Part shown: positions 1-7,948 of the stretch, piece after piece
Layout of the letters: every line of letters starts with the position of its first letter
How positions within the stretch are numbered: position 1 is the stretch's first letter
Origin: Candidatus Jordarchaeales archaeon
GTDB lineage: Archaea > Asgardarchaeota > Jordiarchaeia > Jordiarchaeales > Freyrarchaeaceae
DNA length: 32,000 nucleotides
Assembly: GCA_038889235.1 (NCBI GenBank)
Contig: JAWAHN010000003.1
Coordinates: 438,058-470,057 of the forward strand
Reading direction: 5' to 3'
The notes under the pieces: generated by a model
What the model saw: only the letters and a program-made list of their open reading frames with translations
What the model was told of the DNA's origin: nothing
Database searches by the model: none
Made by a program: the position numbers and the translations under genes

Positions 1-224
1 CCTTCAAGCATCGACCTGATAATCCACATTCTTCCACTGTTTAGGTAGCCTTCCCAAAGCTTGTAGTAAGATCCAGAGGGGCACCCTTCTATCATTCCTT
101 CGTAAAGCGTGCCTTTGTACTCTCCGATGCCCTCCCTGTCTGGTTCTCCTGAGTAGGAGAACATGCATGCTTTGCAGTGTATGCACCTGAACAGTTCCTT
201 CTTTAATGCTAGTAGGTCTTCCAT
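1..224 (-). CDS. (Fe-S)-binding oxidoreductase, GlpC/HdrD-like N-terminus; runs off the left edge
   Basis: Manual translation from ATG at 224 (not in ORF track): MEDLLALKKELFRCIHCKAC...EGCPSGSYY...NSGRMWIIRSMLE; a CxxCxxC-(long spacer)-CP ferredoxin-type motif followed by a GR motif. Confidence 0.7.
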   Translation of the reverse strand, partial: MEDLLALKKELFRCIHCKACMFSYSGEPDREGIGEYKGTLYEGMIEGCPSGSYYKLWEGYLNSGRMWIIRSMLE

Positions 225-598
225 TTCGCCATCCCCACGATACATTAATTTAGTTTATTTTTTAAACTTTTTGTTCCGCACAGAGGGGGTTTTCGTCTCT
301 CCATCGAAGAGTACTGGATATAAATTTTGTGTCGCAACCCCCTTGCAGGCAGCTTCTTCGAACATATTAACCCTAAAAACGTGGACACTACTCCACTCTA
401 ACCCAGCCCTCTTTAAGAACCACCTGCTGGTTTTTCACCCAGTCGCTTCGCGTCAGCCGTTGAGGGCGCTGCCGTTTGCCGCTCCCGCCGCCACATGTTT
501 TTCTCTACAAGTTCTCCGTTTTAGCCTGCATCGACTTGAAAAAGCGCAGCCCTAACTTGCCTCTGCGACACTATACTATGCGGGGCTTGTGTATCTCG

Positions 599-2167
599 TC
601 ATCCTAGGCACTTTCTTATTTTTGCCGCTTCGTAGAGGTATCTTCGCGCTTCCCCGTTGTTTTCTTCCAGGTAGGATATGAGGAAGTTGTTTATGGTGTT
701 CGCGTGCTTTCTCTGGGTGAGGCTCCTAGGCCCCACTTTTACTTGCAGGTAGTTTTGGGCTACTTCTATGTCTTCGAGTATCTTTGTTATGGCGAGGGCT
801 AGCTTTTCCTCTTGTGCCCCGACTTTTCTAGCTATTTTCGAGCATGCCCCGCTGATGGCGTTTATGTTTTCGTATGATAGGTGTTCCGCGGCTGTTTGTA
901 CATCGTGTTTAAGGTTGACGTAGTACATGTTTAGCGTGTCCCATTCTTCCTCGTTCAGGTTTTCCAGCGCCCTTAACCCTATGAGTTCGGGAGGTATTCC
1001 TAGCGTGTAGAGTGCTGCCGCGAAAGGTATGGCTCTTGGTAACGTAACGCCGCCTAAGCTTCTACTGTAGCCGAAAAGCCCTATGTGAAGTTTTCTAGAC
1101 CTTCTCTTTGGGACAAGAGATGCAACGTCGTTTATGAGTGATGCTAAGTTTGTTACAACCTCCTGGTAGCTTGCCTTGAGTTTTTGTATCACGCTAATCA
1201 AAATTTCTTCTTCGTGTGGTTCTATGACCTGCTGCTTGCCGTAAGGTAGTAGGGTGTTGAGCGATTTCACGGTTTTCTTGACCTCTTCCAACGGGTGGTC
1301 GTATTTTAGCGCCGACTGTATTGTTACGGTGCAGACCCCCTTATACTCTTCGAGAAAGTTTTTGATGTTGTTAGGCGAGAGGTGCCCCCTGAAAGGCAGT
1401 GTTCCAACGCCTATTATGGGGTATATCGGTGTCCCCGTCTCCTCCTCCACTCTCGCAAGCATTGAAAGAGCTATCTTGGAGAGAAGGACTGCTGGTATGA
1501 TGCCATAGTTCAAGGCTGGATCGGACCTTGCGAGGAACGTTCTGAGGTAAGGCGGGTGAACCACGTTGATGTATTCGGCAACTATCTTGTCGGCTCTCAG
1601 GAGGCTTTCCATGTCCTCTATTAAGGGGATAACCTCTATGGTCGGGGGTTTGAAGCATCCAAGCCAGTCCACCACCTTCACTGAGTCGTCGAGTTCTATT
1701 TCCTGTATTCCGGCGACTGCTCTTCTATAGTAGTTGTAGAGCCAGAGTAGTTCTCTACCATTCGTGGTGAAGGGAAGTATGACCTCGAATATCGGTGTTA
1801 CCTCCACGTTGTAGAATTTTGATGAGACATCGAAATTTACGGGTATGCTCGCAAGGCTCTCAACTATGATCTTCTTTTCGGCTTCTTCGACCCTCGGGTT
1901 TGGAAGCCTGTAGGTAAGGAAGATGTCCCTTCCGATCACGTTTTCCCTGAAGTACTCTCCGTAGTTGAGGAGGAGTTTTCTCATCACATGGGTGTCGACG
2001 TCCTTTCCCTCAGCGTCCCACATGACCTCCTGGCATCCAAGCTCGCTGAAGGCGAAGAAGGCTTCGTAGACTTCGTCCTCTCCCTCGAGCACCTCGCCTT
2101 TACACCACTGGGGGACAGTAGCATTGTCCGGGTGCTGGGTTGACATTGTACGAGGTATAACTCTCAA
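599..2167 (-). CDS. ppcA: Archaeal-type phosphoenolpyruvate carboxylase
   Basis: IPRTMSTQHPDN N-terminal signature, FLARSDPALNYG, PFRGHL, KLHIGLFGYSR, LPRAIPF motifs; likely TTG start at 2167 (ORF open to 2200). Confidence 0.95.
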   Translation of the reverse strand: MRVIPRTMSTQHPDNATVPQWCKGEVLEGEDEVYEAFFAFSELGCQEVMWDAEGKDVDTHVMRKLLLNYGEYFRENVIGRDIFLTYRLPNPRVEEAEKKIIVESLASIPVNFDVSSKFYNVEVTPIFEVILPFTTNGRELLWLYNYYRRAVAGIQEIELDDSVKVVDWLGCFKPPTIEVIPLIEDMESLLRADKIVAEYINVVHPPYLRTFLARSDPALNYGIIPAVLLSKIALSMLARVEEETGTPIYPIIGVGTLPFRGHLSPNNIKNFLEEYKGVCTVTIQSALKYDHPLEEVKKTVKSLNTLLPYGKQQVIEPHEEEILISVIQKLKASYQEVVTNLASLINDVASLVPKRRSRKLHIGLFGYSRSLGGVTLPRAIPFAAALYTLGIPPELIGLRALENLNEEEWDTLNMYYVNLKHDVQTAAEHLSYENINAISGACSKIARKVGAQEEKLALAITKILEDIEVAQNYLQVKVGPRSLTQRKHANTINNFLISYLEENNGEARRYLYEAAKIRKCLG

Positions 2168-2303
2168 CTTGACAAACACCAACTTAACTTTTACCTTCAC
2201 TGAAAAATTGGGGCAATATAAACCTTATTATGTAAAATGATTGTTGGGCAAAAACAACATAAAATTTTACAAATGTAAATATTCAGCTGCAACCTGCCGA
2301 GTA

Positions 2304-3623
2304 CTACCGCGCAGTCTTTCTTAGAAGCTCGACCGCCTCGCTGAGGGGTATTTGTTCGTAGCGCTTTTTTTCATCCCTCAGGTAGACTGTCACGGTTCCA
2401 GTTGACTCCTCTTTCTCCCCGACGAATACCAGGGCGCGTATCCCCTTCTTCTCCGAGTACTCAAGCTGCTTCTTGTGGCTTCTCCTCATAAGGTCCACTT
2501 GAGTCTTCAATCCCTCCTTTCGCATCTCTTCAGCAACTTTGCGAGCGTAGCCTTTACACTTCTCATCCAAAGATATGACGAAAACCTGTGTACACGTTTT
2601 CTTTTCGAGGCTGAAAAGCCCCAACTCCAGCCCGGCGTCTATGATCCTCTCAAGCCCTATGCTCACACCCGTCGAGGGAGTCTTAGGACCGCCGTAGCGC
2701 TCTATGAGGTCATCGTATCTTCCTCCTCCCGCCAGTGCGCCTATCCTAGGCTCGTCCACGTAGACTTCAAGTATTGGCCCGGTGTAATAATCTAGCCCCC
2801 TCACCATGCTTAGGTCGAGCACTATGTTGTTCTTGTGACTAGAAAGGTCCATTAGTTCACGCAAGTGTCCGACCGCTGTCCTAACGTTGGCGTTACGCCC
2901 AAATTTGTCCTCCAGCTCGTCGAGCGACTTTTCCGGGTTTCCCGAAACCCCCACGGTCTCCATTATCTTTTCGACCTCAGCTTCCCCCAGCCCTGCCTTG
3001 AGTAGCTCGCCTCTCACCCCACTCTCCCCTATCTTCTCGAGCTTGTCTATAGCTCTGAACACCTCTAAGACTTTCCCTTCACCATAGCGGGAAATGTTGA
3101 ACTCCTCCTCGAATATACCTTTCAAGAGGCGTCTGTCGTTCAGTCTTACTCTGAACTCCTTGTAGCCGAGTGATTCCATCACGTCACACACGACATCGAC
3201 TATCTCAGCGTCAGCTTCAGGGTAGGGTGATCCGACTATGTCCGCATCACACTGCCAGAACTCCCTGTAGCGCCCCTTCTGGGGCCTTTCATGTCTCCAG
3301 ACGCGGCCAATGTGGTACCTTTTGAATGGCAGCGTTGGAGGGTTGCTGGCGACAAACCTGGCAAGGGGCACTGTGAGGTCGTATCTGAGGGCAAGCCACT
3401 CGCCGCTCCACGGGTCCTGGAAGCGGTAGAGAAGCTTGGATTCAACCTCCTCCCCATACTTGCCCTTCAACGTCTCCCAGTACTCTATTGCGGGTGTCTC
3501 CAAAGGGTCGAACCCGTAGCGTTCAAAGACGTCCTCGATCACACTTATAACTCTCTTCCTTAAGAGGAGGACTTCTGGGGGGAAGTCTCTGAAGCCGCGG
3601 GGAATACTATACCTGGTCGACAC
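2304..3623 (-). CDS. hisS: Histidyl-tRNA synthetase
   Basis: PRGFRDF, LRYDLTVP, GRYREFWQCDADIVG, RGLDYYTG, GGGRYDDL, GLERI motifs; GTG start at 3623 after GGAGGTG Shine-Dalgarno. The ORF-track extension to 3788 runs into the tRNA gene and is spurious. Confidence 0.97.
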   Translation of the reverse strand: MSTRYSIPRGFRDFPPEVLLLRKRVISVIEDVFERYGFDPLETPAIEYWETLKGKYGEEVESKLLYRFQDPWSGEWLALRYDLTVPLARFVASNPPTLPFKRYHIGRVWRHERPQKGRYREFWQCDADIVGSPYPEADAEIVDVVCDVMESLGYKEFRVRLNDRRLLKGIFEEEFNISRYGEGKVLEVFRAIDKLEKIGESGVRGELLKAGLGEAEVEKIMETVGVSGNPEKSLDELEDKFGRNANVRTAVGHLRELMDLSSHKNNIVLDLSMVRGLDYYTGPILEVYVDEPRIGALAGGGRYDDLIERYGGPKTPSTGVSIGLERIIDAGLELGLFSLEKKTCTQVFVISLDEKCKGYARKVAEEMRKEGLKTQVDLMRRSHKKQLEYSEKKGIRALVFVGEKEESTGTVTVYLRDEKKRYEQIPLSEAVELLRKTAR

Positions 3624-3693
3624 GGACACCTCCGCACTGACCAGCAGTTTACCGCCTGGAGAACGAGGCGGACTAGTGGAAGTGAAGTATGAG

Positions 3694-3842
3694 GGTGCCG
3701 GGCGGGATTCTCGTGGATTGTATCCAAGTCGAACCCGCGACCTCGGGACTGCATGCACACGTGCTTTGCTGCCCCGACCTGGGTCCACAGTCCCGCGCTG
3801 GTGGGGCTTCCTACAGCTCTCCCAGGCTGAGCTACCGGCACC
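3694..3842 (-). tRNA. tRNA-His(GTG) with encoded G-1, C73 and four predicted introns (3818-3800, 3784-3767, 3765-3749, 3727-3708)
   Basis: Removing 19+18+17+20 nt from 149 nt gives G-GTGCCGG-TA-GCTC-AGCCTGGGA-GAGC-G-CGGGA-CTGTGGA-TCCCG-AGGTC-GCGGG-TTCGACT-CCCGC-CCGGCAC-C (75 nt, all four stems perfectly paired); BHB or BHB-like motifs at each junction; CCA not encoded. Confidence 0.9.
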
Positions 3843-3865
3843 TCAACAAAGAGATAGTCACTTAG

Positions 3866-3880
3866 TTTTTAAAGGTTTTC
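3866..3880 (-). promoter_or_regulatory. BRE/TATA promoter of tRNA-His
   Basis: Minus strand GAAAACC-TTTAAAAA ending 24 nt upstream of the tRNA G-1. Confidence 0.6.
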
Positions 3881-3916
3881 TGCTCTTCGGCGGCTCTGAG
3901 AATGGTCCTGGGAAGC

Positions 3917-4330
3917 TTACGTCCCGTTTTCACGCTTTTCTTTTGAGTTGCCTAGTATGCTCCTAACTTTCTTGACTGTCCCCCTAAGCTTCTGGAGCAT
4001 TAGCCCAAGCTGGTGTTCGGGTATCCCTGCGGCGACCAGTATCACTTGACCAGCTTCCATGGCGATGATGAAGCCCTTGGTCCCGTGTACTATACACTCT
4101 GTCACATCACCCTGGATGAACGCTTTAGAAATAAGGTTGCATGCGGAAAAAAGGCTGAAAGCGCTCTCTAGGGCCTTCTCCGGGTCAGAGTACTTGAGCC
4201 TTTCAACTACCATGTTCCCCGAGAGGTCCAACACTAGGATGTCGACATTTCCTGGGTAGTTCTCGTTCTTCAGGAGAGTATTCAATTTCTCTGCAATCTC
4301 CCTACTTATGGGACTAGCGCGCTCTATCAA
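3917..4330 (-). CDS. Roadblock/LC7 domain protein
   Basis: Pattern ILVLDLSGNMV...TECIVHGTKGFIIAMEAGQVILVAAGIPEHQLGLML fits the roadblock/LC7 (MglB-like) fold; likely TTG start at 4330. Confidence 0.7.
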   Translation of the reverse strand: MIERASPISREIAEKLNTLLKNENYPGNVDILVLDLSGNMVVERLKYSDPEKALESAFSLFSACNLISKAFIQGDVTECIVHGTKGFIIAMEAGQVILVAAGIPEHQLGLMLQKLRGTVKKVRSILGNSKEKRENGT

Positions 4331-4526
4331 GGTTTCCTCGCCTCGGAAAAAGAAGGGGCTACAAGAACACCACACACTGAGAAGCGGTGAAATATAAAGA
4401 TTCTAGTTAAGACATACATTTCTTCAGCTTTGGAGCCCAAGGGGGTTCCATGCTTCTTCACGGAGGAGGAAAAAGAAATATTGAGGATAGCGCGATGTAT
4501 CAGCAAGAGGCACGGAGGAGAGCGAT

Positions 4527-5015
4527 TTGGGTGCATTCGCTCCCGGTGGTCTCGAAAGCGCGGCAACGCTTCCGAAAAATATCTTGAAATACTGCATGCA
4601 GTGCTCGCTGTGCTCGAGCGTCTGCCCCACAGCCCGCCTCGTCAAAGAGTTTAACCCTAGACGCATAGTTTGGGGAGCGATCCTGGGTCTCGAGGATGAC
4701 GCTGTGGAAAACGGCAGCGTGTGGTTCTGCCTTAGTTGCCACCTCTGCTCCGAGGTATGCCCCATGAAGGTGAAGGTTTCAAGCCTGATGACGTTCTTCA
4801 AAAACCTGCTCGCTGAAAGGGGGAAAATCCCAGAGGGGGTCCTACAGGAGGCGAGCATGATTTTCAAGACTGGGAGAGGGGTGCCATACTCGCCCGCCGT
4901 CGAGAAGAGGAGGGCTTCTCTATCGCTTCCCCCACTTCCACCCGTTGACATCGAGGAGATTAAAAAGCTGCTGGGCAGGCTGAAGCTACCGATCGAGGGA
5001 GGAGAGGGGAAATGA
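4527..5015 (+). CDS. hdrC: Heterodisulfide reductase subunit C-like (copy 1)
   Basis: CMQCSLCSSVCP and WFCLSCHLCSEVCP 4Fe-4S motifs, NPRRIV; overlaps hdrB start. Confidence 0.9.
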   Translation: MGAFAPGGLESAATLPKNILKYCMQCSLCSSVCPTARLVKEFNPRRIVWGAILGLEDDAVENGSVWFCLSCHLCSEVCPMKVKVSSLMTFFKNLLAERGKIPEGVLQEASMIFKTGRGVPYSPAVEKRRASLSLPPLPPVDIEEIKKLLGRLKLPIEGGEGK

Positions 5016-5884
5016 CGGATTATTCGCTCTTCTTGGGGTGCATTATCCCCTTACGGTTCCCCTTCCTTGAAGCGTCCTCGAGGAAAGTGCTTGACCTTCT
5101 GGGCGTGAGGTGTGAAACGCTTAAGGGTGCAAGTTGCTGCCCCGACCCTGTTGGCGTCCAGTCTGTTAGCTTCAAGGCGTGGCTTTACATTGCTGCTAGG
5201 AACCTAGCGCTCGCCGAGGAGGAGGGGAGGGACGTTTTGACTCTTTGCAGCGGGTGCTTTGAGACCCTTAAGACCGCCAGGGAGATTCTGCTGCAGAGCC
5301 CCGAGCTCATGGAGGAGGTGAACGAGGCCCTAAAGAGCATAGATAGGGAGTTTAAGGGGGAGGTAGACGTCGTGCACCTAGTCGAAGCTATATACAGAGT
5401 TGGGCCCGGAAAGGTGAGAAACATGGTTGTGAGGGAGCTAGACGCCGGGGTGGCGGTTCACTACGGGTGCCACTTGTTGAGGCCAAGCGAGCACCTTAGG
5501 TTCGACGACCCGGAGAACCCGAGGAAGCTGGATGAGCTCGTCGAGGCGCTCGGTGCCCGGAGCGTTGAGTACGAGTACAAGCACCTGTGCTGCGGGGCGA
5601 CTGTGGGCAACGTCAAGAGGGATTTAGCCCACGAGTACGTTAAGTGGAAGCTTAAGTTTATCGCTAGATCGGGGGCGGAGTGCATGGTTGTAGCCTGCCC
5701 CTTCTGCTTTGCGCAGTACGACCTTGGACAGGTAGAGCTCAGTAGGAGGGGGGAGAGGTTCAACCTGCCAGTCTTCTACTACCCTGAAATGCTCGGCCTA
5801 GCTTTAGGTTGCAGCTATAGGGAGCTTGGGCTACACATGCACAGGACGAGCGTGGAGCCCTTCCTGAGAAAACACATACTTTAA
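5012..5884 (+). CDS. hdrB: Heterodisulfide reductase subunit B-like (copy 1)
   Basis: FLGCIIP, SCCPDP, TLCSGC, HYGCHLLRP, LCCGA, VACPFC cysteine-rich CCG motifs. Confidence 0.93.
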   Translation: MTDYSLFLGCIIPLRFPFLEASSRKVLDLLGVRCETLKGASCCPDPVGVQSVSFKAWLYIAARNLALAEEEGRDVLTLCSGCFETLKTAREILLQSPELMEEVNEALKSIDREFKGEVDVVHLVEAIYRVGPGKVRNMVVRELDAGVAVHYGCHLLRPSEHLRFDDPENPRKLDELVEALGARSVEYEYKHLCCGATVGNVKRDLAHEYVKWKLKFIARSGAECMVVACPFCFAQYDLGQVELSRRGERFNLPVFYYPEMLGLALGCSYRELGLHMHRTSVEPFLRKHIL

Positions 5885-5891
5885 CTCGTTC

Positions 5892-6083
5892 TCAGTAGCT
5901 TTCGCCCATCTCCCGCAGAGTTTTCTTGAGCTGGCTGATCGTTCTAGCCAAGTTGTTCAGTATGATAAGGTCGTCCCGCGTTTTGTGCTCTTTCCCCCTA
6001 AGATACTCCCTGTAAACTCTTTGAAGCTCCTCGAGGAACGCTTTCACGTCCTCCTTGCTCATCTTCACGTGAAACTCTAACAC
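5892..6083 (-). CDS. Small hypothetical protein (63 aa, helical)
   Basis: Fills the gap between hdrB and endA; charged amphipathic composition; no recognised motif. Confidence 0.5.
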   Translation of the reverse strand: MLEFHVKMSKEDVKAFLEELQRVYREYLRGKEHKTRDDLIILNNLARTISQLKKTLREMGESY

Positions 6084-6224
6084 CCAGGAGCCCTCCGCAG
6101 ACGAGATGAAGAGTCTAGTTGAGGGAGACTAGAAGGGAAAAATAAAGACGCGTAATAGTGAGAAAATACCGAGGCGGCATCCAGGCGCCGGGACTAAAAA
6201 GTAGCTTTCCAGCTCCAAGACTTG

Positions 6225-6812
6225 TTAGAACGCGAGCTGCAACACGTTGTAGTACACTACGTCCCCTTGCCTGTTTACTAAAGCCATCGTGAGCTGCTTC
6301 CTCGTGCTAACTGCGAGCTTGGTGACGCGGTCGAGCTCCTTAAGGTCTATGGGGGTTCCCTCGGTAACAATGTATATGAGGTTCTTCGCCACTTCCTCTC
6401 CAGCCTTGCAACCCCTCGGGTATAACCTGAAGTCTATTCCGCCGCCGAAGCCCTGCTTGACAACATACCCTCTGCTCCTCAAGTCCCTGTAGACGAGGTA
6501 CCGCACCCAGACTTTTGGATCCCTTTTACTGAAGTGCTTCACAAGGTCGCGGAACGCGTACTCCCTCCCTTCTTCGTCCTTAACTATGAGTCTTCCACGC
6601 TCCACAAGTAGCAGGGCTTCAACCGGTGTTAGGTGGAGCTTGCCGTCGCCTTCAAACTCGCCGTAGCTACCTTTCTCGTATATCTTTCTGCCCTCCTCTT
6701 CGCTTACGACAACCTCGTCGTCTCTCAGCAGGCCGGAGAAGACCTCTAGTTCTTCCTCTCCTTCCTCTTTGAAGAATAACCCCTCTTGCTGCTCTTCCCT
6801 TTCTTCCTCCAT
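6225..6812 (-). CDS. endA: tRNA splicing endonuclease subunit, probably the non-catalytic (beta/structural) type
   Basis: LHLTPVEALLL, YLVYRDLRSRGYVVK, DFRLY, STRKQLTMA motifs; the catalytic His position is not His. Confidence 0.85.
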   Translation of the reverse strand: MEEEREEQQEGLFFKEEGEEELEVFSGLLRDDEVVVSEEEGRKIYEKGSYGEFEGDGKLHLTPVEALLLVERGRLIVKDEEGREYAFRDLVKHFSKRDPKVWVRYLVYRDLRSRGYVVKQGFGGGIDFRLYPRGCKAGEEVAKNLIYIVTEGTPIDLKELDRVTKLAVSTRKQLTMALVNRQGDVVYYNVLQLAF

Positions 6813-6891
6813 TTAACGCCACCAGAACTTTGTTATATGGGGAAGTGTTTTAAAGTTTCCCTGCACCGAAGGGAGAAGTGGTGACCTGAAG

Positions 6892-7407
6892 TTGCTTGCC
6901 GGCAAACTGAGGGAGTTGCTTAAGGGGGCACGTAGGGTCGCAGTGATAGGCGTGGGGAGCAGGTTTAGGGGGGATGACGCGCTAGGTCTGGAAGTAGCCA
7001 GGAGGCTTAAAGGAGCCGGGCTGAGGGGCGTGCTGGTGGTGGAGGCTGAAACCGTGCCTGAGAACTTCACAGGCGAGCTTAGAAGGTTCCACCCAAGCCA
7101 CGTCTTGCTCGTGGACGCAGCGCACTTTGGAGGTAAACCGGGGGATGTCGTCGTAGCGTCCGGCTCCTCATCCATGCGCGGAGTTTCTTTCTCGACGCAC
7201 CACATGCCGCTTTCCATGTTCGCAAGATTCGTTGAGGCATCAATAGGCTCAACGGTCGTCCTGGTTGGGGTCCAGCCGGGTAGCCTCCACGGGGAGGGGC
7301 TCTCACCCGAGGTGGAAGACGCGGTGTCAATTCTCACAAAGATTTTAAGCGAAGTCCTTTCAGAATTACCGGGCTTAGAGGCGGTGTCCGAAATTGGAGA
7401 GAATTAG
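6892..7407 (+). CDS. hycI: Hydrogenase maturation protease, HycI family
   Basis: VIGVGSRFRGDDALG, ETVPENF, LLVDAAHFG, STHHMPL. Confidence 0.9.
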   Translation: MLAGKLRELLKGARRVAVIGVGSRFRGDDALGLEVARRLKGAGLRGVLVVEAETVPENFTGELRRFHPSHVLLVDAAHFGGKPGDVVVASGSSSMRGVSFSTHHMPLSMFARFVEASIGSTVVLVGVQPGSLHGEGLSPEVEDAVSILTKILSEVLSELPGLEAVSEIGEN

Positions 7408-7948
7408 GGCTTTCATAGCGGTGGACGTCCAGGATCCGGGCGTTCTCGAAATGGTTAGGCGGATACAAGAAGATCTTTCGCGCCACGTGAAAGCTAAGTT
7501 CGTCGAGCTTGAGAACATCCACTTCACATTGAAGTTTCTGGGGGAGATAAGCGAGGAAGCAGTGGAGGAAGTTCACGGGGTCATGAAGGAGCTGAAGTTT
7601 GAGCCATTCGAGCTGAGGCTGTGCGGGGTAGGCTGCTTCCCCGACGCGAGGAGAGTAAACGTGATATGGATTGGGGCCCGCGAGGGGGGCGATAAGCTCA
7701 CCCTTCTGGCAAACGAGCTGGAGAGAAAGCTTAGGAGGCTGGGCTTCGAGCCCGAGCAGAGGCCGTTCACCCCGCACGCCACGATAGCTAGGGTGAAATA
7801 CGTCCAAAGCCGCGAGGGTCTCGTTTCAACCCTTGAAAAGATGAAAAACTTGGAGATTGGTAGGATAGTCGTCGACTCGGTCAAGCTTAAGAAGAGCCAG
7901 CTGACGCCTAAGGGGCCAATATACACGACGCTTAGAAGCGTCCCGTGA
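7394..7948 (+). CDS. thpR: RNA 2',3'-cyclic phosphodiesterase / 2'-5' RNA ligase (2H family)
   Basis: Two HxT motifs (NIHFTLKFLGE, PFTPHATIAR), RAFIAV N-terminus, GPIY C-terminus. Confidence 0.93.
   Translation: MERIRAFIAVDVQDPGVLEMVRRIQEDLSRHVKAKFVELENIHFTLKFLGEISEEAVEEVHGVMKELKFEPFELRLCGVGCFPDARRVNVIWIGAREGGDKLTLLANELERKLRRLGFEPEQRPFTPHATIARVKYVQSREGLVSTLEKMKNLEIGRIVVDSVKLKKSQLTPKGPIYTTLRSVP

Noticed and set aside
4-555. ORF-track calls 4-186 (-) and 163-555 (+)
   Set aside because: The real gene is in another minus frame (ATG 224, Fe-S motif); these ORFs have no motifs.
3749-3784. Alternative anticodon readings (Cys GCA or Ala TGC) using the TGCAG near the 3' side
   Set aside because: They give a 6-nt loop or lack G3:U70, and no BHB supports them; G-1:C73 and the CTGTGGA loop fit His.
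3624-3788. N-terminal extension of the hisS ORF
   Set aside because: Overlaps the tRNA-His gene; a good Shine-Dalgarno and GTG lie at 3623.
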